DNA from: a virus
Taxonomy: Duplodnaviria > Heunggongvirae > Uroviricota > Caudoviricetes
DNA length: 41,124 bases
Virus record (IMG/VR): IMGVR_UViG_2802429226_000008
Coordinates: 1-41,124 of that record
Strand: one strand, 5' to 3'
Positions within the stretch are counted from its first letter, which is position 1, and each line of letters opens with the position of its first letter. Below, one piece after another: positions 26,197 through 37,122 of this stretch. The notes below the pieces were generated by a model. It was not told where the DNA came from. It searched no databases and worked only from the letters and a program-made list of their open reading frames with translations. The translations under genes and the position numbers were made by a program.

Positions 26197-27676
26197 CACC
26201 ATTCCGTCGAATACGCTGGTTCCGCTGTTTTATGCGGAAATGGATAACCAGGCTGCGAATACTGCACAGGACAGCGGAGCATCGCTGCTGATTGGTCATG
26301 CCAATAACGGTGCAGAGATTGTTGCCAACAGTCTGGTGCTGATGCCGTCGGCAGACTATGCACGCCAGATTTGTGGTGCGGGAAGTCAGCTGGCGCGTAT
26401 GGTCGAGGCTTATCGCCAGACCGACCCGTTTGGTGAGCTGTATGTGATTGCCGTTCCGGAAGCCACAGGCGCGGCGGCAACGGTTACGCTGACGGTGACC
26501 GGGGAAGCAACCGAAAGCGGCACGGTGAATGTCTATGTGGGACGTACCCGCGTGCAGGCTCCGGTGACCAACGGCGATAACGTCACGACGATTGCCAGCA
26601 GTATCAAAGATGCCATCAATGCCGTTCCGACTCTGCCGTTTACAGCTTCATCTTCGGCTGGCGTGGTCACACTGACCGCGCGTCATAAGGGGCTTTGCGG
26701 GAATGAAATTCCTGTCAGCCTCAATTACTACGGCTTTGGTGGGGGCGAAGTGCTGCCTGCGGGCGTACAGATTGCCGTGGCGACGGGGACCGCCGGAACG
26801 GGCTCTCCTGTTCTCACCGGCGCGGTGGCTGCAATGGCGGATGAGCCGTTTGATTATATCGGCCTGCCGTTCAACGACACGGCCTCCGTTAACACGCTGG
26901 TGACCGAGATGAACGATACCAGCGGTCGCTGGAGCTATGCGCGTCAGCTGTATGGTCATGTGTATACGGCAAAGATCGGCACGCTGTCAGAACTGGTGAC
27001 CGCAGGTGACCAGTTTAACCAGCAGCACATTACCCTGGCGGGGTACGAAAAAGAGACCCAGACGCCTGCTGACGAGCTGGCGGCAAGCCGTACCGCCCGC
27101 GCAGCGGTGTTTATTCGCAACGATCCGGCACGTCCCACGCAGACCGGTGAGCTGGTGGGTATGCTGCCTGCGCCGAAGGGGAAACGGTTCACGATGACCG
27201 AACAACAGACCCTGCTGTCTCATGGCGTGGCAACGGCGTATGTCGAAAGCGGGGTACTGCGCATTCAGCGTGATGTCACCACGTACAGGAAAAACGCTTA
27301 CGGGGTTGCGGATAACAGCTACTTCGACAGTGAGACACTGCATACCAGCGCGTATGTACTGCGCAAACTGAAATCCGTCATTACCAGTAAGTACGGGCGT
27401 CACAAGCTTGCCAGTGACGGTACCCGCTTTGGTCCCGGTCAGGCGATTGTCACCCCGGCGGTGATCAAAGGGGAACTGCTGGCAACCTACCGTCAGCTTG
27501 AGCGTGCGGGGATCGTGGAAAACTACGAACTGTTTAAGCAGTACCTGGTTGTGGAGCGTGATGCCAGCGATCCGAACCGCCTGAACACGCTGTTCCCGCC
27601 TGACTATGTTAACCAGTTGCGTGTCTTTGCCGTGGTTAACCAGTTCCGTCTTCAGTATTCAGAGGAGTCCGCATAA
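26180..27676 (+). CDS. contractile tail sheath protein (Mu gpL-like)
   Basis: 498 aa; precedes tube; TAATG coupling to tube. Confidence 0.82.
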   Translation: MTISFNTIPSNTLVPLFYAEMDNQAANTAQDSGASLLIGHANNGAEIVANSLVLMPSADYARQICGAGSQLARMVEAYRQTDPFGELYVIAVPEATGAAATVTLTVTGEATESGTVNVYVGRTRVQAPVTNGDNVTTIASSIKDAINAVPTLPFTASSSAGVVTLTARHKGLCGNEIPVSLNYYGFGGGEVLPAGVQIAVATGTAGTGSPVLTGAVAAMADEPFDYIGLPFNDTASVNTLVTEMNDTSGRWSYARQLYGHVYTAKIGTLSELVTAGDQFNQQHITLAGYEKETQTPADELAASRTARAAVFIRNDPARPTQTGELVGMLPAPKGKRFTMTEQQTLLSHGVATAYVESGVLRIQRDVTTYRKNAYGVADNSYFDSETLHTSAYVLRKLKSVITSKYGRHKLASDGTRFGPGQAIVTPAVIKGELLATYRQLERAGIVENYELFKQYLVVERDASDPNRLNTLFPPDYVNQLRVFAVVNQFRLQYSEESA

Positions 27677-28032
27677 TGGCCCGTATCGGGGGAACCTGTT
27701 ATTTCAAAATTGACGGTCAGCAGCTATCGCTGACCGGCGGCATTGAGGTGCCCATGAACAAAACGGTTAATGATGACATCATCGGTCTGGACGGTTCAGT
27801 GGACCGCAAGGAAACTCACCGTGCACCTTATGTCAAAGGGACCTTCAAGGTACCGAAGAATTTTCCGGTGAGCAAAATCACCTCGTCTGATGAGATGACC
27901 ATCACTGCCGAGCTGGCGAACGGTCAGGTCTATGTACTGTCGTCTGCCTGGCTGCACGGCGAAGCGAACCATAATGCCGAAGAAGGCACGGTCGATCTTG
28001 AGTTCCACGGTGAAGAAGGGGATTACCAGTAA
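27676..28032 (+). CDS. tail tube protein (Mu gpM-like)
   Basis: 118 aa; between sheath and chaperone. Confidence 0.78.
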   Translation: MARIGGTCYFKIDGQQLSLTGGIEVPMNKTVNDDIIGLDGSVDRKETHRAPYVKGTFKVPKNFPVSKITSSDEMTITAELANGQVYVLSSAWLHGEANHNAEEGTVDLEFHGEEGDYQ

Positions 28033-28301
28033 TGAAAGAGCTTGAGTTAAAGAAACCGATTACCGCTCATGGCGAGACACTCTCCGTACTGGAGTTTGAT
28101 GAGCCCACCGGGAAAGATGTCCGCGAGCTGGGGTATCCCTACCAGATGAATCAGGATGAGTCCGTCAGACTTCTGGCGCATGTGGTATCGAAATACATCG
28201 TGCGGCTGGCGAAAGTGCCGCAAAGCTCTGTCGACCAGATGTCTCCGGCAGACCTGAATGCAGCGGCGTGGCTTGTGGCCGGTTTTTTCCTCCAGGCCTG
28301 A
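28032..28301 (+). CDS. tail assembly chaperone
   Basis: 89 aa; precedes tape measure; slippery site near 3' end. Confidence 0.7.
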   Translation: MKELELKKPITAHGETLSVLEFDEPTGKDVRELGYPYQMNQDESVRLLAHVVSKYIVRLAKVPQSSVDQMSPADLNAAAWLVAGFFLQA

Positions 28302-28450
28302 CGGCTGAATACCTCACTGATCGCTTCTTTGACTGCGCCAGTTACTGGCGCATTAATCCTTTCGAATTGCTGAATATGCCGATCAGTGAAATTCCCTTAC
28401 TGGTCAGTCAGGCAAACAGGATAGAGCAGGAGAAACGCACACATGGCTGA
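28268..28450 (+). CDS. tail assembly chaperone -1 frameshift extension
   Basis: -1 frame ORF overlapping chaperone end; heptamer T_TTT_TTC at 28283..28289. Confidence 0.55.
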   Translation: MACGRFFPPGLTAEYLTDRFFDCASYWRINPFELLNMPISEIPLLVSQANRIEQEKRTHG

Positions 28451-30278
28451 ATTTGAGCTTAAGGCGTTGATCACCGGTGTCGACAGGCTTTCTCCCGCAC
28501 TGTCGAAAATGCAAAAGAAAATCCGGGGATTTAAACGCCAGGCGGAAGAAGCGTCACAGGGTGGGCTGGCGCTTGGTGGCGGACTGGCAGCGGGTCTGAC
28601 GCTTTCCCTGAAATCTTATGCCGATCAGGAAAACGCCGCCACCGGGCTGAAAGTCGCCATGATGGATGCGAACGGCGAGGTTGGAAAGAGCTTTCAGGAC
28701 ATCAATAAACTGGCTATTGGCCTGGGTAACCAGCTACCCGGTACAACGGCTGATTTCCAGAACATGATGCAGATGCTGGTGCGTCAGGGGATCCCGGCAG
28801 AAAACATTCTGGGTGGTGTGGGTAAAGCGACAGCTTATCTTGCGGTACAACTGAAAAAAACACCGGAAGCGGCTGCTGAGTTTGCTGCAAAGATGCAGGA
28901 TGCTACCGGAACGGCGTCAGAAGACATGATGGGGCTGTTCGACACTATCCAGAAGGCGTTTTATCTGGGCGTTGACGATACCAACATGTTGTCCTTCTTC
29001 ACTAAAACCAGTTCTGTTCTGAAGATGGTGAACAAGGACGGTCTTCAGGCTGCACAGAGCCTTGCCCCCATCAGCGTCATGATGGATCAGATGGGGATGA
29101 ACGGGGAGTCGGCAGGTAATGCCCTGCGAAAAGTTATCCAGTCCGGATTAAGCGTTAAGAAAATCAGGGACGTCAATAAAGTCATGGCCCGCCAGAGACT
29201 CGGGGTACAGCTCGATTTTACTGACGGCAAAGGAAGTTTTGGCGGTCTTGATAACATGTTCAGGCAACTGGCAAAGCTGCGAAAACTGACCGACGTTAAG
29301 CGAACAGGTGTACTTAAGGCAATATTTGGTGATGATGCCGAAACCCTTCAGGTGGTCAATGCACTAATCGATAAAGGAAAGGATGGCTACGATCAGATCC
29401 AGCAGAAGATGAATAAACAGGCCAGCCTGAATAAACGTGTTCAGGCCCAGCTTGGTACGCTGTCCAACCTGTGGGAGGCAATGACGGGGACCGCAACTAA
29501 CGGCCTTGCGGCTATTGGCGGCGCATTTTCTGGTGACGCCAAAAATATCACGCAATGGCTGGGGGAGTTGGGGGAGAAATTCACGAAGTTTGCGGATGAA
29601 AATCCCCGGGTTATTCGCGGCGTCGTCGGGCTTGCTGCCGGTCTTGCGATTCTGAAACTGGGATTGATGGGCGTGGGCAGTGCCATCAGTATTGTCAGCA
29701 GGATCATGTCGATGACGCCGATTGGCATGATTGCGACGGCGATAGCCCTGGCTGCGGGATTAATTATCACTAACTGGGATGTTGTTGGACCTTATTTTAA
29801 GAAACTCTGGGAAACCATTGGTCCTTATTTTGAGGCTGGCTGGGAACTCCTTAAGAAAGTTTTTGCCTGGTCGCCGCTGGGGATGGTGATCAATAACTGG
29901 GGGCCGGTTGTTAAGTGGTTTCAGGATATGTGGGACAAGCTGAAGCCAATTATTGAGTGGTTTACCGACAGTTCCGGTGACACGGTCGATGCCATTAACT
30001 CTGCGCAGTGGGGCGCGGGTGCTTATGATGCTTATGGGACGGGAATATCGGCGCGGGGATACATACCTTATCCGGTGGTGGATCTGGCTCAGTCAAACAA
30101 CGCCTCCGGTGCCACAGGCCCGAATCCCTTCATGATTAACAAAGCTTCTGCGCCAAAAGTTGATGGTGAGATCAAGGTCTCTTTTGTGAATTCGCCTCCG
30201 GGGATGCGGGTTATGGAAACGCGATCCAGCGGTTTTGATGTCAGCCATGATGTTGGCTATACGCGCTTTGGCAGGTAA
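28443..30278 (+). CDS. tail tape measure protein
   Basis: 611 aa; helical with hydrophobic central segment; position. Confidence 0.85.
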   Translation: MAEFELKALITGVDRLSPALSKMQKKIRGFKRQAEEASQGGLALGGGLAAGLTLSLKSYADQENAATGLKVAMMDANGEVGKSFQDINKLAIGLGNQLPGTTADFQNMMQMLVRQGIPAENILGGVGKATAYLAVQLKKTPEAAAEFAAKMQDATGTASEDMMGLFDTIQKAFYLGVDDTNMLSFFTKTSSVLKMVNKDGLQAAQSLAPISVMMDQMGMNGESAGNALRKVIQSGLSVKKIRDVNKVMARQRLGVQLDFTDGKGSFGGLDNMFRQLAKLRKLTDVKRTGVLKAIFGDDAETLQVVNALIDKGKDGYDQIQQKMNKQASLNKRVQAQLGTLSNLWEAMTGTATNGLAAIGGAFSGDAKNITQWLGELGEKFTKFADENPRVIRGVVGLAAGLAILKLGLMGVGSAISIVSRIMSMTPIGMIATAIALAAGLIITNWDVVGPYFKKLWETIGPYFEAGWELLKKVFAWSPLGMVINNWGPVVKWFQDMWDKLKPIIEWFTDSSGDTVDAINSAQWGAGAYDAYGTGISARGYIPYPVVDLAQSNNASGATGPNPFMINKASAPKVDGEIKVSFVNSPPGMRVMETRSSGFDVSHDVGYTRFGR

Positions 30279-30338
30279 TGAAAAATTAATCTGTTAATGA
30301 GTTCCACTCCGGTGGGATTTTTTATGTACGGAGTTTAT

Positions 30339-31667
30339 ATGACGTGGAAAGACAGACTTCAGGACGCGTCATTTCGCGGTGTGCCGTTTAAGGTTGAAGA
30401 AGAAAGTACGGGAACCGGTCGTCGTGTGGAAACGCATGAATACCCGAACCGCGACAAACCCTATACCGAAGACCTGGGGAAAATCACTTTCCGCCCGTCC
30501 ATCACGGCTTATGTGGTGGGAGATGACTGCTTTGACCAGCGCGATCGCCTGATTGACGCGCTGAATAAACCCGGTCCTGGCACGCTTGTCCATCCGACTT
30601 ACGGTGAGCTGAAAGTCTGTGTTGACGGAGAGGTTCGGGTCAGCACATCGAAGAGTGAAGGGCGTATTGTCCGCTTTGACCTGAAGTTTGTCGAAGCGGG
30701 AGAACTCTCTTACCCCACATCAGGTGCGGCGACGGCGCAGACGCTGATGTCATCCTGTTCTGCACTGGATGACTGCATCAGTGACAGTTTCAGTAGTTTC
30801 AGTATCGATGGCGTGGCAGATTTTGTGCAGAACGACGTCGTCGGTAATGCCGGCACAATGCTTGGGTATGTTTCTGATGCGATGAAAGTGGTGGATTCTG
30901 CCGTATCGGATGCCGCCAGGCTGTTGCAGGGGGATATCTCGGTACTTCTGCCGCCGCCATCGTCAGGCAAAAATTTCGTTGAGCAGGTGCAGAAAATGTG
31001 GCGTACCGGGAAACGCCTTTATGGTAACGCCAGCGACCTGGTCACCATGATCAAAACGCTTTCCGGTGTCAGCCTTGGCAGCGATCTGCAACCGCGCGGC
31101 GTCTGGAAAACGGACAGTAAAACCACCGCCACGGCGACACAGCAGCGTAACGTGGTTGCCAGCATCCTTCGTACGACCGCAATCAGCGAAGCGGCGTATG
31201 CCGTCACCCGATTGCCTGCGCCAACAACTTCCGCGGTGATGCAGAATGCCGCAGTGGGGCAGGCAACAACACCCGCGCAGAGCACTGGCTGGCCTTCCGT
31301 CACGCATCCGGCACTGAACAATGCACCGGCGGTGAAAAGCACGGTTGACCTGCCAACGTGGGAAGAACTGACTGACATTCGCGACACACTGAATACGGCA
31401 ATTGATAAGGAGTTGTCCCGTACAACCAGTGATGCGCTGTTTCTGGCGCTGCGCCGGGTGAAAGCAGATCTGAATGCGGATATCAACACGCGCCTTGAAC
31501 AGTCTGCACGGATCATTCAGCGCACGCCGGATGAGGTTTTACCCGCGCTGGTGCTGGCGGCGACCTGGTTTGATAACGCGGCGCGTGACGGGGACATTAT
31601 CCGGCGTAATGCCATTACGCATCCCGGCTTTGTGCCGGTGATCCCTCTGAAGGTGCCAGTGCAATGA
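30339..31667 (+). CDS. DNA circularization protein-like tail/baseplate protein (Mu gp43-like)
   Basis: ATG at 30339 with GGAG SD; N-terminal WKDRLQDASFRGVPF...HEYPNRD motif. Confidence 0.78.
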   Translation: MTWKDRLQDASFRGVPFKVEEESTGTGRRVETHEYPNRDKPYTEDLGKITFRPSITAYVVGDDCFDQRDRLIDALNKPGPGTLVHPTYGELKVCVDGEVRVSTSKSEGRIVRFDLKFVEAGELSYPTSGAATAQTLMSSCSALDDCISDSFSSFSIDGVADFVQNDVVGNAGTMLGYVSDAMKVVDSAVSDAARLLQGDISVLLPPPSSGKNFVEQVQKMWRTGKRLYGNASDLVTMIKTLSGVSLGSDLQPRGVWKTDSKTTATATQQRNVVASILRTTAISEAAYAVTRLPAPTTSAVMQNAAVGQATTPAQSTGWPSVTHPALNNAPAVKSTVDLPTWEELTDIRDTLNTAIDKELSRTTSDALFLALRRVKADLNADINTRLEQSARIIQRTPDEVLPALVLAATWFDNAARDGDIIRRNAITHPGFVPVIPLKVPVQ

Positions 31668-32743
31668 ACGATAACGTCACGCTACGGGTAAATGGCCGGG
31701 AGTGGAATGGCTGGACATCGGTGCGCATCGGTGCCGGTGTTGAACGACTGGCGCGGGATTTCAGTGTGGAGATCACCCGCCAGTGGCCGGGAGATGAGGG
31801 TATCACCACGCTTCAGCCGCGCATTAAAAACGGTTCAAAAGTGGAAGTGCTGATTGGTGATGAGCTGGTGATCACTGGCTGGGTGGAGGCGACGCCCGTT
31901 CGTTACGATGCCCGTTCGGTCAGCACCGGTATTGCCGGACGTAGTCTGACCGCTGACCTGATTGACTGTGCAGCCGAACCGACACAGTTTAACGGACGAT
32001 CGCTGGTACAGATTGCGCAGGCGCTTGCTGCGCCTTTCGGCATTGAGGTGGTGAACAGCGGTGCGCCGTCGGGTGTTATTCCTGATGTCCAGCCTGATCA
32101 CGGTGAAACGGTGATTGAGGTAATCAACAAAATACTCGGTCAGCAGCAGGCGCTGGCTTATGACGACCCGCACGGCAGGCTGGTGATTGGCGGTATTGGC
32201 TCAACGCGGGCACATACCGCGCTGGTACTTGGGGAAAACATCCTTTCCTGTGATACGGAGAAGAGTATCCGGGAGCGGTTTTCAGTTTACCAGGTGGCGG
32301 GGCAGCGTGCCGGAAACGACGATGATTTCGGTGAGGCCACCACCACCGCGCTGCGGGCCCGCACAGAGGACGCATTTATTGCCCGTTACCGTCCGATGTA
32401 TATCAGGCAGACAGGGCAGGCCACGGGGGCAGGCTGTATTGCCCGTGCTGACTTTGAAGCCCGGCAACGGGCGGCGCGGACGGATGAAACCACCTATGTG
32501 GTGCAGGGCTGGCGACAGGGTAACGGTACGCTGTGGCAGCCCAACCAGCGGGTGATTGTCTTCGATCCGGTCTGTGGTTTCGACAATACCGAACTGCTTG
32601 TTTCGGAAGTCACGTTTACTCAGGACCAGAACGGCACCCTGACGGAAATCCGTGTCGGCCCGCCTGATGCTTATCTGCCTGAACCCGAAGCCCCCGGCTC
32701 GCGGAAAAAGAAAAAAGCCAGAGTACAGGAGGATCCGTTCTGA
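31664..32743 (+). CDS. baseplate hub protein (Mu gpP / late-control-D-like)
   Basis: 359 aa; ATGA coupling; position. Confidence 0.78.
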   Translation: MNDNVTLRVNGREWNGWTSVRIGAGVERLARDFSVEITRQWPGDEGITTLQPRIKNGSKVEVLIGDELVITGWVEATPVRYDARSVSTGIAGRSLTADLIDCAAEPTQFNGRSLVQIAQALAAPFGIEVVNSGAPSGVIPDVQPDHGETVIEVINKILGQQQALAYDDPHGRLVIGGIGSTRAHTALVLGENILSCDTEKSIRERFSVYQVAGQRAGNDDDFGEATTTALRARTEDAFIARYRPMYIRQTGQATGAGCIARADFEARQRAARTDETTYVVQGWRQGNGTLWQPNQRVIVFDPVCGFDNTELLVSEVTFTQDQNGTLTEIRVGPPDAYLPEPEAPGSRKKKKARVQEDPF

Positions 32744-33291
32744 TGAGGACGATTGAAGCCATGCAGCGACAACTCCTCGGCCTGATTGGGCGGGCCGTGG
32801 TGAAAAGCATCAGTGCCGCCACGAAATGTCAGACCGTGGATGTGTCCCTGATTGCCGGTGAACCCAAAGCAGGGGTTGAACATCTTGAACCCTACGGTTT
32901 TACCTCAAGGGCAAACAGCGGTGCGGAAGCGGTGGTGTTGTTTCCGGATGGCGACCGTTCTCATGCGGTGGTTGTTACGGTGTCGGACCGGCGCTACCGC
33001 CTGAAAGGGCTGCAGACGGGTGAGGTGGCTGTCTATGACGATCAGGGGCAGTCCGTGACGCTGACCCGGGAGGGGATCGTGGTGGACGGTGCAGGTAAAA
33101 CGATCACGTTTCGCAATTCACCTAAAGCACGTTTTGAAATGGACCTGGAAGTGACCGGACAGGTGAAAGACCTGTGCGACTCCGGCGGCACCACCATGTC
33201 AGCGATGCGGCTTGCCTATAACGGCCATCGTCACAGAGAGAACGGTCAGGGCAGTAACACCGACAAACCGGATAAAGCGATGGAGGCATGA
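32743..33291 (+). CDS. baseplate assembly protein V (spike)
   Basis: 182 aa; position. Confidence 0.75.
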   Translation: MRTIEAMQRQLLGLIGRAVVKSISAATKCQTVDVSLIAGEPKAGVEHLEPYGFTSRANSGAEAVVLFPDGDRSHAVVVTVSDRRYRLKGLQTGEVAVYDDQGQSVTLTREGIVVDGAGKTITFRNSPKARFEMDLEVTGQVKDLCDSGGTTMSAMRLAYNGHRHRENGQGSNTDKPDKAMEA

Positions 33292-33716
33292 TGGAACTGT
33301 GGCTGACGGTGAACGGTAAACGCACCTGCGCCAGCGCACCGCTGGATCCGCTGACCCGCGCCGTGGTGATTTCCCTGTTTACCTGGCGGCGGGCGGAGCC
33401 TGATGACAATGTCGACGTCCCGATGGGATGGTGGGGGGATACCTGGCCTGCGGTACAGAATGACCGTTACGGCTCCCGGCTGTGGCTGCTTCAGCGCGGC
33501 AAACTGACCAATCAGCTGGTGCAGACGGTAAGGGGGTATATCCGCGAATGCCTGCAATGGATGATTGATGACGGTGTGGTGTCCCGTATTGATCTGGATA
33601 TCCGCCGCACCGGGATTAATGAACTGGGTAACAGTATCACTCTCTGGCGTCGTGACGGACCGGTAATGATTTCTTTTGATGATCTGTGGAGTGCGATAAC
33701 GCATGGCGGACAGTGA
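33288..33716 (+). CDS. GP46-family baseplate protein
   Basis: 142 aa; position. Confidence 0.72.
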   Translation: MMELWLTVNGKRTCASAPLDPLTRAVVISLFTWRRAEPDDNVDVPMGWWGDTWPAVQNDRYGSRLWLLQRGKLTNQLVQTVRGYIRECLQWMIDDGVVSRIDLDIRRTGINELGNSITLWRRDGPVMISFDDLWSAITHGGQ

Positions 33717-34761
33717 ATTTCAGCGCCCGACGCTGGCAGAAAATATCAGTATGCTCCGTAACGATTTATTCGCCAGGCTGGACGTCAGCGACACGCTCCG
33801 GCGCATGGATGAAGACGTGCGGGCAAAGGTGTATGCGGCGGCGCTGCATACGGTTTACGGGTACATCGATTATCTGGCAATGAACATGCTGCCTGACCTG
33901 TGCGATGAGTCCTGGCTGGCGCGACATGCTGCGATGAAACGGTGTCCGCGCAAGGGGGCCACGACTGCCAGCGGGTATATGCGCTGGGAAGGTGTCAGCG
34001 ATGGCCTGAAGGTGACCGCCGGGAGTGTTATTCAGCGCGATGACCTGGTTCAGTACACGGCAACTGCCGATGCAACCAGCTCCGGTGGTGTCCTGCGCGT
34101 GCCGATCGCCTGCTCAAGTGCAGGCGCGGTCGGTAACGCTGACGACGGTACGTCATTAATCCTGGTCACGCCGGTGAATGGTCTGCCGTCTTCCGGCGTG
34201 GCAGATACCCTGACAGGTGGATTTGATACTGAAGAGCTGGAAACGTGGCGCGCCCGCGTCATTGAGCGGTATTACTGGACGCCTCAGGGCGGGGCTGACG
34301 GGGACTATGTCGTCTGGGCTAAAGAAGTGCCCGGCATTACCCGCGCATGGACATACCGTCACTGGATGGGAACGAGAACTGTCGGTGTGATGATTGCCAG
34401 CAGTGACCTGATTAATCCCATTCCGGAAGAATCAACGGAAACGGCGGCAAGACAACATATCGAGCCACTGGCCCCGGTGGCAGGCTCTGATTTGTATGTA
34501 TTCAGGCCGGTGGCGCATAAAGTGGATTTTCATATCCGTGTGACGCCGGATACACCGGAAATACGAGCCGCCATCACCGCGGAGTTGCGTTCGTTCCTGC
34601 TGCGTGATGGTTATCCGCAGGGAGAACTGAAGGTGTCACGTATCAGTGAAGCGATTTCCGGTGCGAACGGGGAATACAGCCATCAGTTGCTTGCCCCGGC
34701 GGACAATATCTCCATTGCAAAAAATGAGCTGGCAGTTCTGGGGACGATTTCATGGACGTGA
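33703..34761 (+). CDS. baseplate J-like protein (Mu gp47-like)
   Basis: 352 aa; position. Confidence 0.78.
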   Translation: MADSEFQRPTLAENISMLRNDLFARLDVSDTLRRMDEDVRAKVYAAALHTVYGYIDYLAMNMLPDLCDESWLARHAAMKRCPRKGATTASGYMRWEGVSDGLKVTAGSVIQRDDLVQYTATADATSSGGVLRVPIACSSAGAVGNADDGTSLILVTPVNGLPSSGVADTLTGGFDTEELETWRARVIERYYWTPQGGADGDYVVWAKEVPGITRAWTYRHWMGTRTVGVMIASSDLINPIPEESTETAARQHIEPLAPVAGSDLYVFRPVAHKVDFHIRVTPDTPEIRAAITAELRSFLLRDGYPQGELKVSRISEAISGANGEYSHQLLAPADNISIAKNELAVLGTISWT

Positions 34762-35336
34762 CAAACGATGATTATATCCGTCTGTTGTCGGCACTGTTGC
34801 CGCCCGGTCCGGCGTGGTCAGTCAGCGATCCGGCGATTGCCGGTGCGGCACCGTCATTAACCCGCGTTCATCAGCGTGCGGATGCCCTGATGCGGGAGCT
34901 GGATCCGCGCACCACCACTGAACTGATAAACCGCTGGGAGCGTCTGTGCGGCCTGCCGGATGAATGTATTCCGGCAGGGACGCAGACCCTTCGCCAGCGT
35001 CAGCAACGGCTGGATGCGAAGGTTAACCTGGCGGGCGGCATCAATGAGGATTTTTATCTTGCACAGCTTGCTGCCCTGGGCAGACCAGACGCCACCATCA
35101 CGCGATACGACAAAAGCACGTTCACCTGCTCATCGGCCTGTACTGACGCGGTGAATGCGCCGGAATGGCGGTATTACTGGCAGGTCAACATGCCAGCCGC
35201 CACCAACACCACCTGGATGACATGTGGCGATCCCTGTGATTCCGCGCTGCGCTTCTGGGGGGACACCGTTGTCGAGTGTGTTCTTAACAAACTCTGCCCG
35301 TCGCATACCTATGTGATTTTTAAATATCCGGAGTAA
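34752..35336 (+). CDS. DUF2313 tail protein (Mu gp48 / YmfQ-like)
   Basis: 194 aa; last baseplate gene before tail fiber. Confidence 0.72.
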   Translation: MDVTNDDYIRLLSALLPPGPAWSVSDPAIAGAAPSLTRVHQRADALMRELDPRTTTELINRWERLCGLPDECIPAGTQTLRQRQQRLDAKVNLAGGINEDFYLAQLAALGRPDATITRYDKSTFTCSSACTDAVNAPEWRYYWQVNMPAATNTTWMTCGDPCDSALRFWGDTVVECVLNKLCPSHTYVIFKYPE

Positions 35337-35339
35337 TCC

Positions 35340-36110
35340 ATGCATCGTATAGACACGAAAACCGCGCAGAAGGATAAGTTCGGCGCGGGTAAGAACGGTT
35401 TTACCCGTGGTAACCCCCAGACCGGCACGCCTGCCACCGATCTGGATGATGACTACTTTGACATGTTGCAGGAGGAGCTTTGCAGCGTTGTGGAGGCATC
35501 CGGTGCCAGCCTGGAGAAGGGGCGGCATGACCAGCTGCTTACCGCGCTTCGTGCGCTGCTGTTAAGCCGCAAGAATCCGTTTGGCGATATCAAATCGGAT
35601 GGCACGGTGAAAACAGCTCTCGAAAACCTTGGTTTGGGAGAAGGCTCTGCATTACCTGTTGGTGTCCCTGTTCCGTGGCCTTCAGCCACTCCGCCAACAG
35701 GCTGGCTGAAATGCAACGGAGCAGCTTTTTCTGCTGAAGAATACCCGGAACTGGCAAAGGCTTACCCGACAAATAAATTGCCAGATTTACGTGGTGAGTT
35801 TATTCGTGGCTGGGATGACGGGCGTGGTATTGATGCTGGACGTGCTTTATTGAGCCTTCAGGCTGGGATGCTGGAAAAACACCGCCATATTGTTGTTGCC
35901 AATGATGGTTACGACACAAAAGATGAATGGGAACTGGCTACGATTTTCAAAAAAACATACACACAAGGACGGGGACTTGATGCCACAAATACAGGAGGGA
36001 GTCTGATCCCATCACCGACACTTCATTCACGAGGGAGTATCGGTAATACTGGCGGGAGTGAGACCCGTCCACGAAATATTGCATTTAACTTTATCGTGAG
36101 GGCTGCATAA
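35340..36110 (+). CDS. tail fiber protein (constant N-part, variable C-part inside invertible segment)
   Basis: 256 aa; crossover site inside codons ~93-101 (LENLGLGE). Confidence 0.8.
   Translation: MHRIDTKTAQKDKFGAGKNGFTRGNPQTGTPATDLDDDYFDMLQEELCSVVEASGASLEKGRHDQLLTALRALLLSRKNPFGDIKSDGTVKTALENLGLGEGSALPVGVPVPWPSATPPTGWLKCNGAAFSAEEYPELAKAYPTNKLPDLRGEFIRGWDDGRGIDAGRALLSLQAGMLEKHRHIVVANDGYDTKDEWELATIFKKTYTQGRGLDATNTGGSLIPSPTLHSRGSIGNTGGSETRPRNIAFNFIVRAA
35617..35644. repeat. left inversion crossover site (gix/cix-like)
   Basis: CTCTCGAAAACCTTGGTTTGGGAGAAGG; inverted copy at 37459..37486. Confidence 0.75.
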
Positions 36111-36712
36111 TGGATAACGCAGTATTAAATAGCGAGTTTATTGCCACGAAGGCGGGGAATATTACCGTCTATAACTACGATGGTGAAACTCGGGAATATA
36201 TTTCTGCATCAACTGAATATCTTGCAATGGGTGTCGGTATTCCAGCATATTCCTGTTTAGACGCTCCTGGTACATATAAGGCTGGTTATACAATTTGCCG
36301 TTCTGTAGATTTAAATTCATGGGAATATGTGCCAGACCATCGCGGTGAAATCGTCTATAACACCGAAACGGGAGACGCCAAAGAAATCACAGCTCCGGGT
36401 GATTATCCTGAAAATACAACCACTATCGCCCCGTTAACGCCATTCGATAAATGGGATGGTAAGAAATGGGTGACCGATACTGAGGCACAGCATAGCGCCG
36501 CAGTAGACGCGGCAGAAGTACAGCGTCAGTCACTGATTAATACTGCAATGGCTTCCATTAGTCTGATTCAACTTAAATTGCAGGCCGGGCGGAAGCTGAT
36601 GCAGGCAGAGACCACCCGACTTAACACTGTGCTGGATTACATTGACGCGGTGACGGCAACAGATACCAGCACAGCGCCGGATGTCATCTGGCCTGAACTG
36701 CCGGAGGCGTAG
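36110..36712 (+). CDS. tail fiber assembly protein
   Basis: 200 aa; TAATG coupling to tail fiber; conserved C-terminus shared with the inverted alternative. Confidence 0.78.
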   Translation: MDNAVLNSEFIATKAGNITVYNYDGETREYISASTEYLAMGVGIPAYSCLDAPGTYKAGYTICRSVDLNSWEYVPDHRGEIVYNTETGDAKEITAPGDYPENTTTIAPLTPFDKWDGKKWVTDTEAQHSAAVDAAEVQRQSLINTAMASISLIQLKLQAGRKLMQAETTRLNTVLDYIDAVTATDTSTAPDVIWPELPEA

Positions 36713-37121
36713 GCCATTCAATATCTGGCACACTGGAGGTATCAACCAGCTCCAGTGCGTCCAGGTAATCCAGCCATAAATTATATTGCGCCAGTTCCTC
36801 GTCTTTCAGACGACCAATAGCGGCTTTACCGGGCCATTGTTTACTGTTCATGTATTCGTTGGCCTGATTAAGCAATAATTGCCTTTCTGATTCTGCCTGT
36901 TGAATAAGTTCTTCATGTGATGGTGGAGGTATTAGTGCCCATGTGGGTAATCCATTTTCTCCTGCAACACGAATTTTGCCATCTGGGGGCGTATTTATTG
37001 CAAATTCATTATAAACATCATCACTGACAGCCAGAGCATCATCTGGCCATGAATTTGCATTAATGTAATCATCCTTAAGTGCAGGATTCACAAAAATGTT
37101 TAAAGATGGACTATAAAACAT
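36684..37121 (-). CDS. alternative tail fiber assembly protein (inverted orientation)
   Basis: 145 aa; C-terminus (...VDTSSVPDIEWPTPP) parallels the plus-strand assembly protein C-terminus (...TDTSTAPDVIWPELP). Confidence 0.72.
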   Translation of the reverse strand: MFYSPSLNIFVNPALKDDYINANSWPDDALAVSDDVYNEFAINTPPDGKIRVAGENGLPTWALIPPPSHEELIQQAESERQLLLNQANEYMNSKQWPGKAAIGRLKDEELAQYNLWLDYLDALELVDTSSVPDIEWPTPPAVQAR

Positions 37122-37122
37122 A

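Noticed and set aside
18749-35528. Numerous antisense or alternate-frame ORFs within the structural genes (e.g. 20922..21497, 22688..23122, 24816..25391, 25403..25993, 31019..31516, 33246..33704)
   Set aside because: Expected open frames in GC-rich coding DNA; they overlap genes with strong coupling and synteny and have low-complexity translations.
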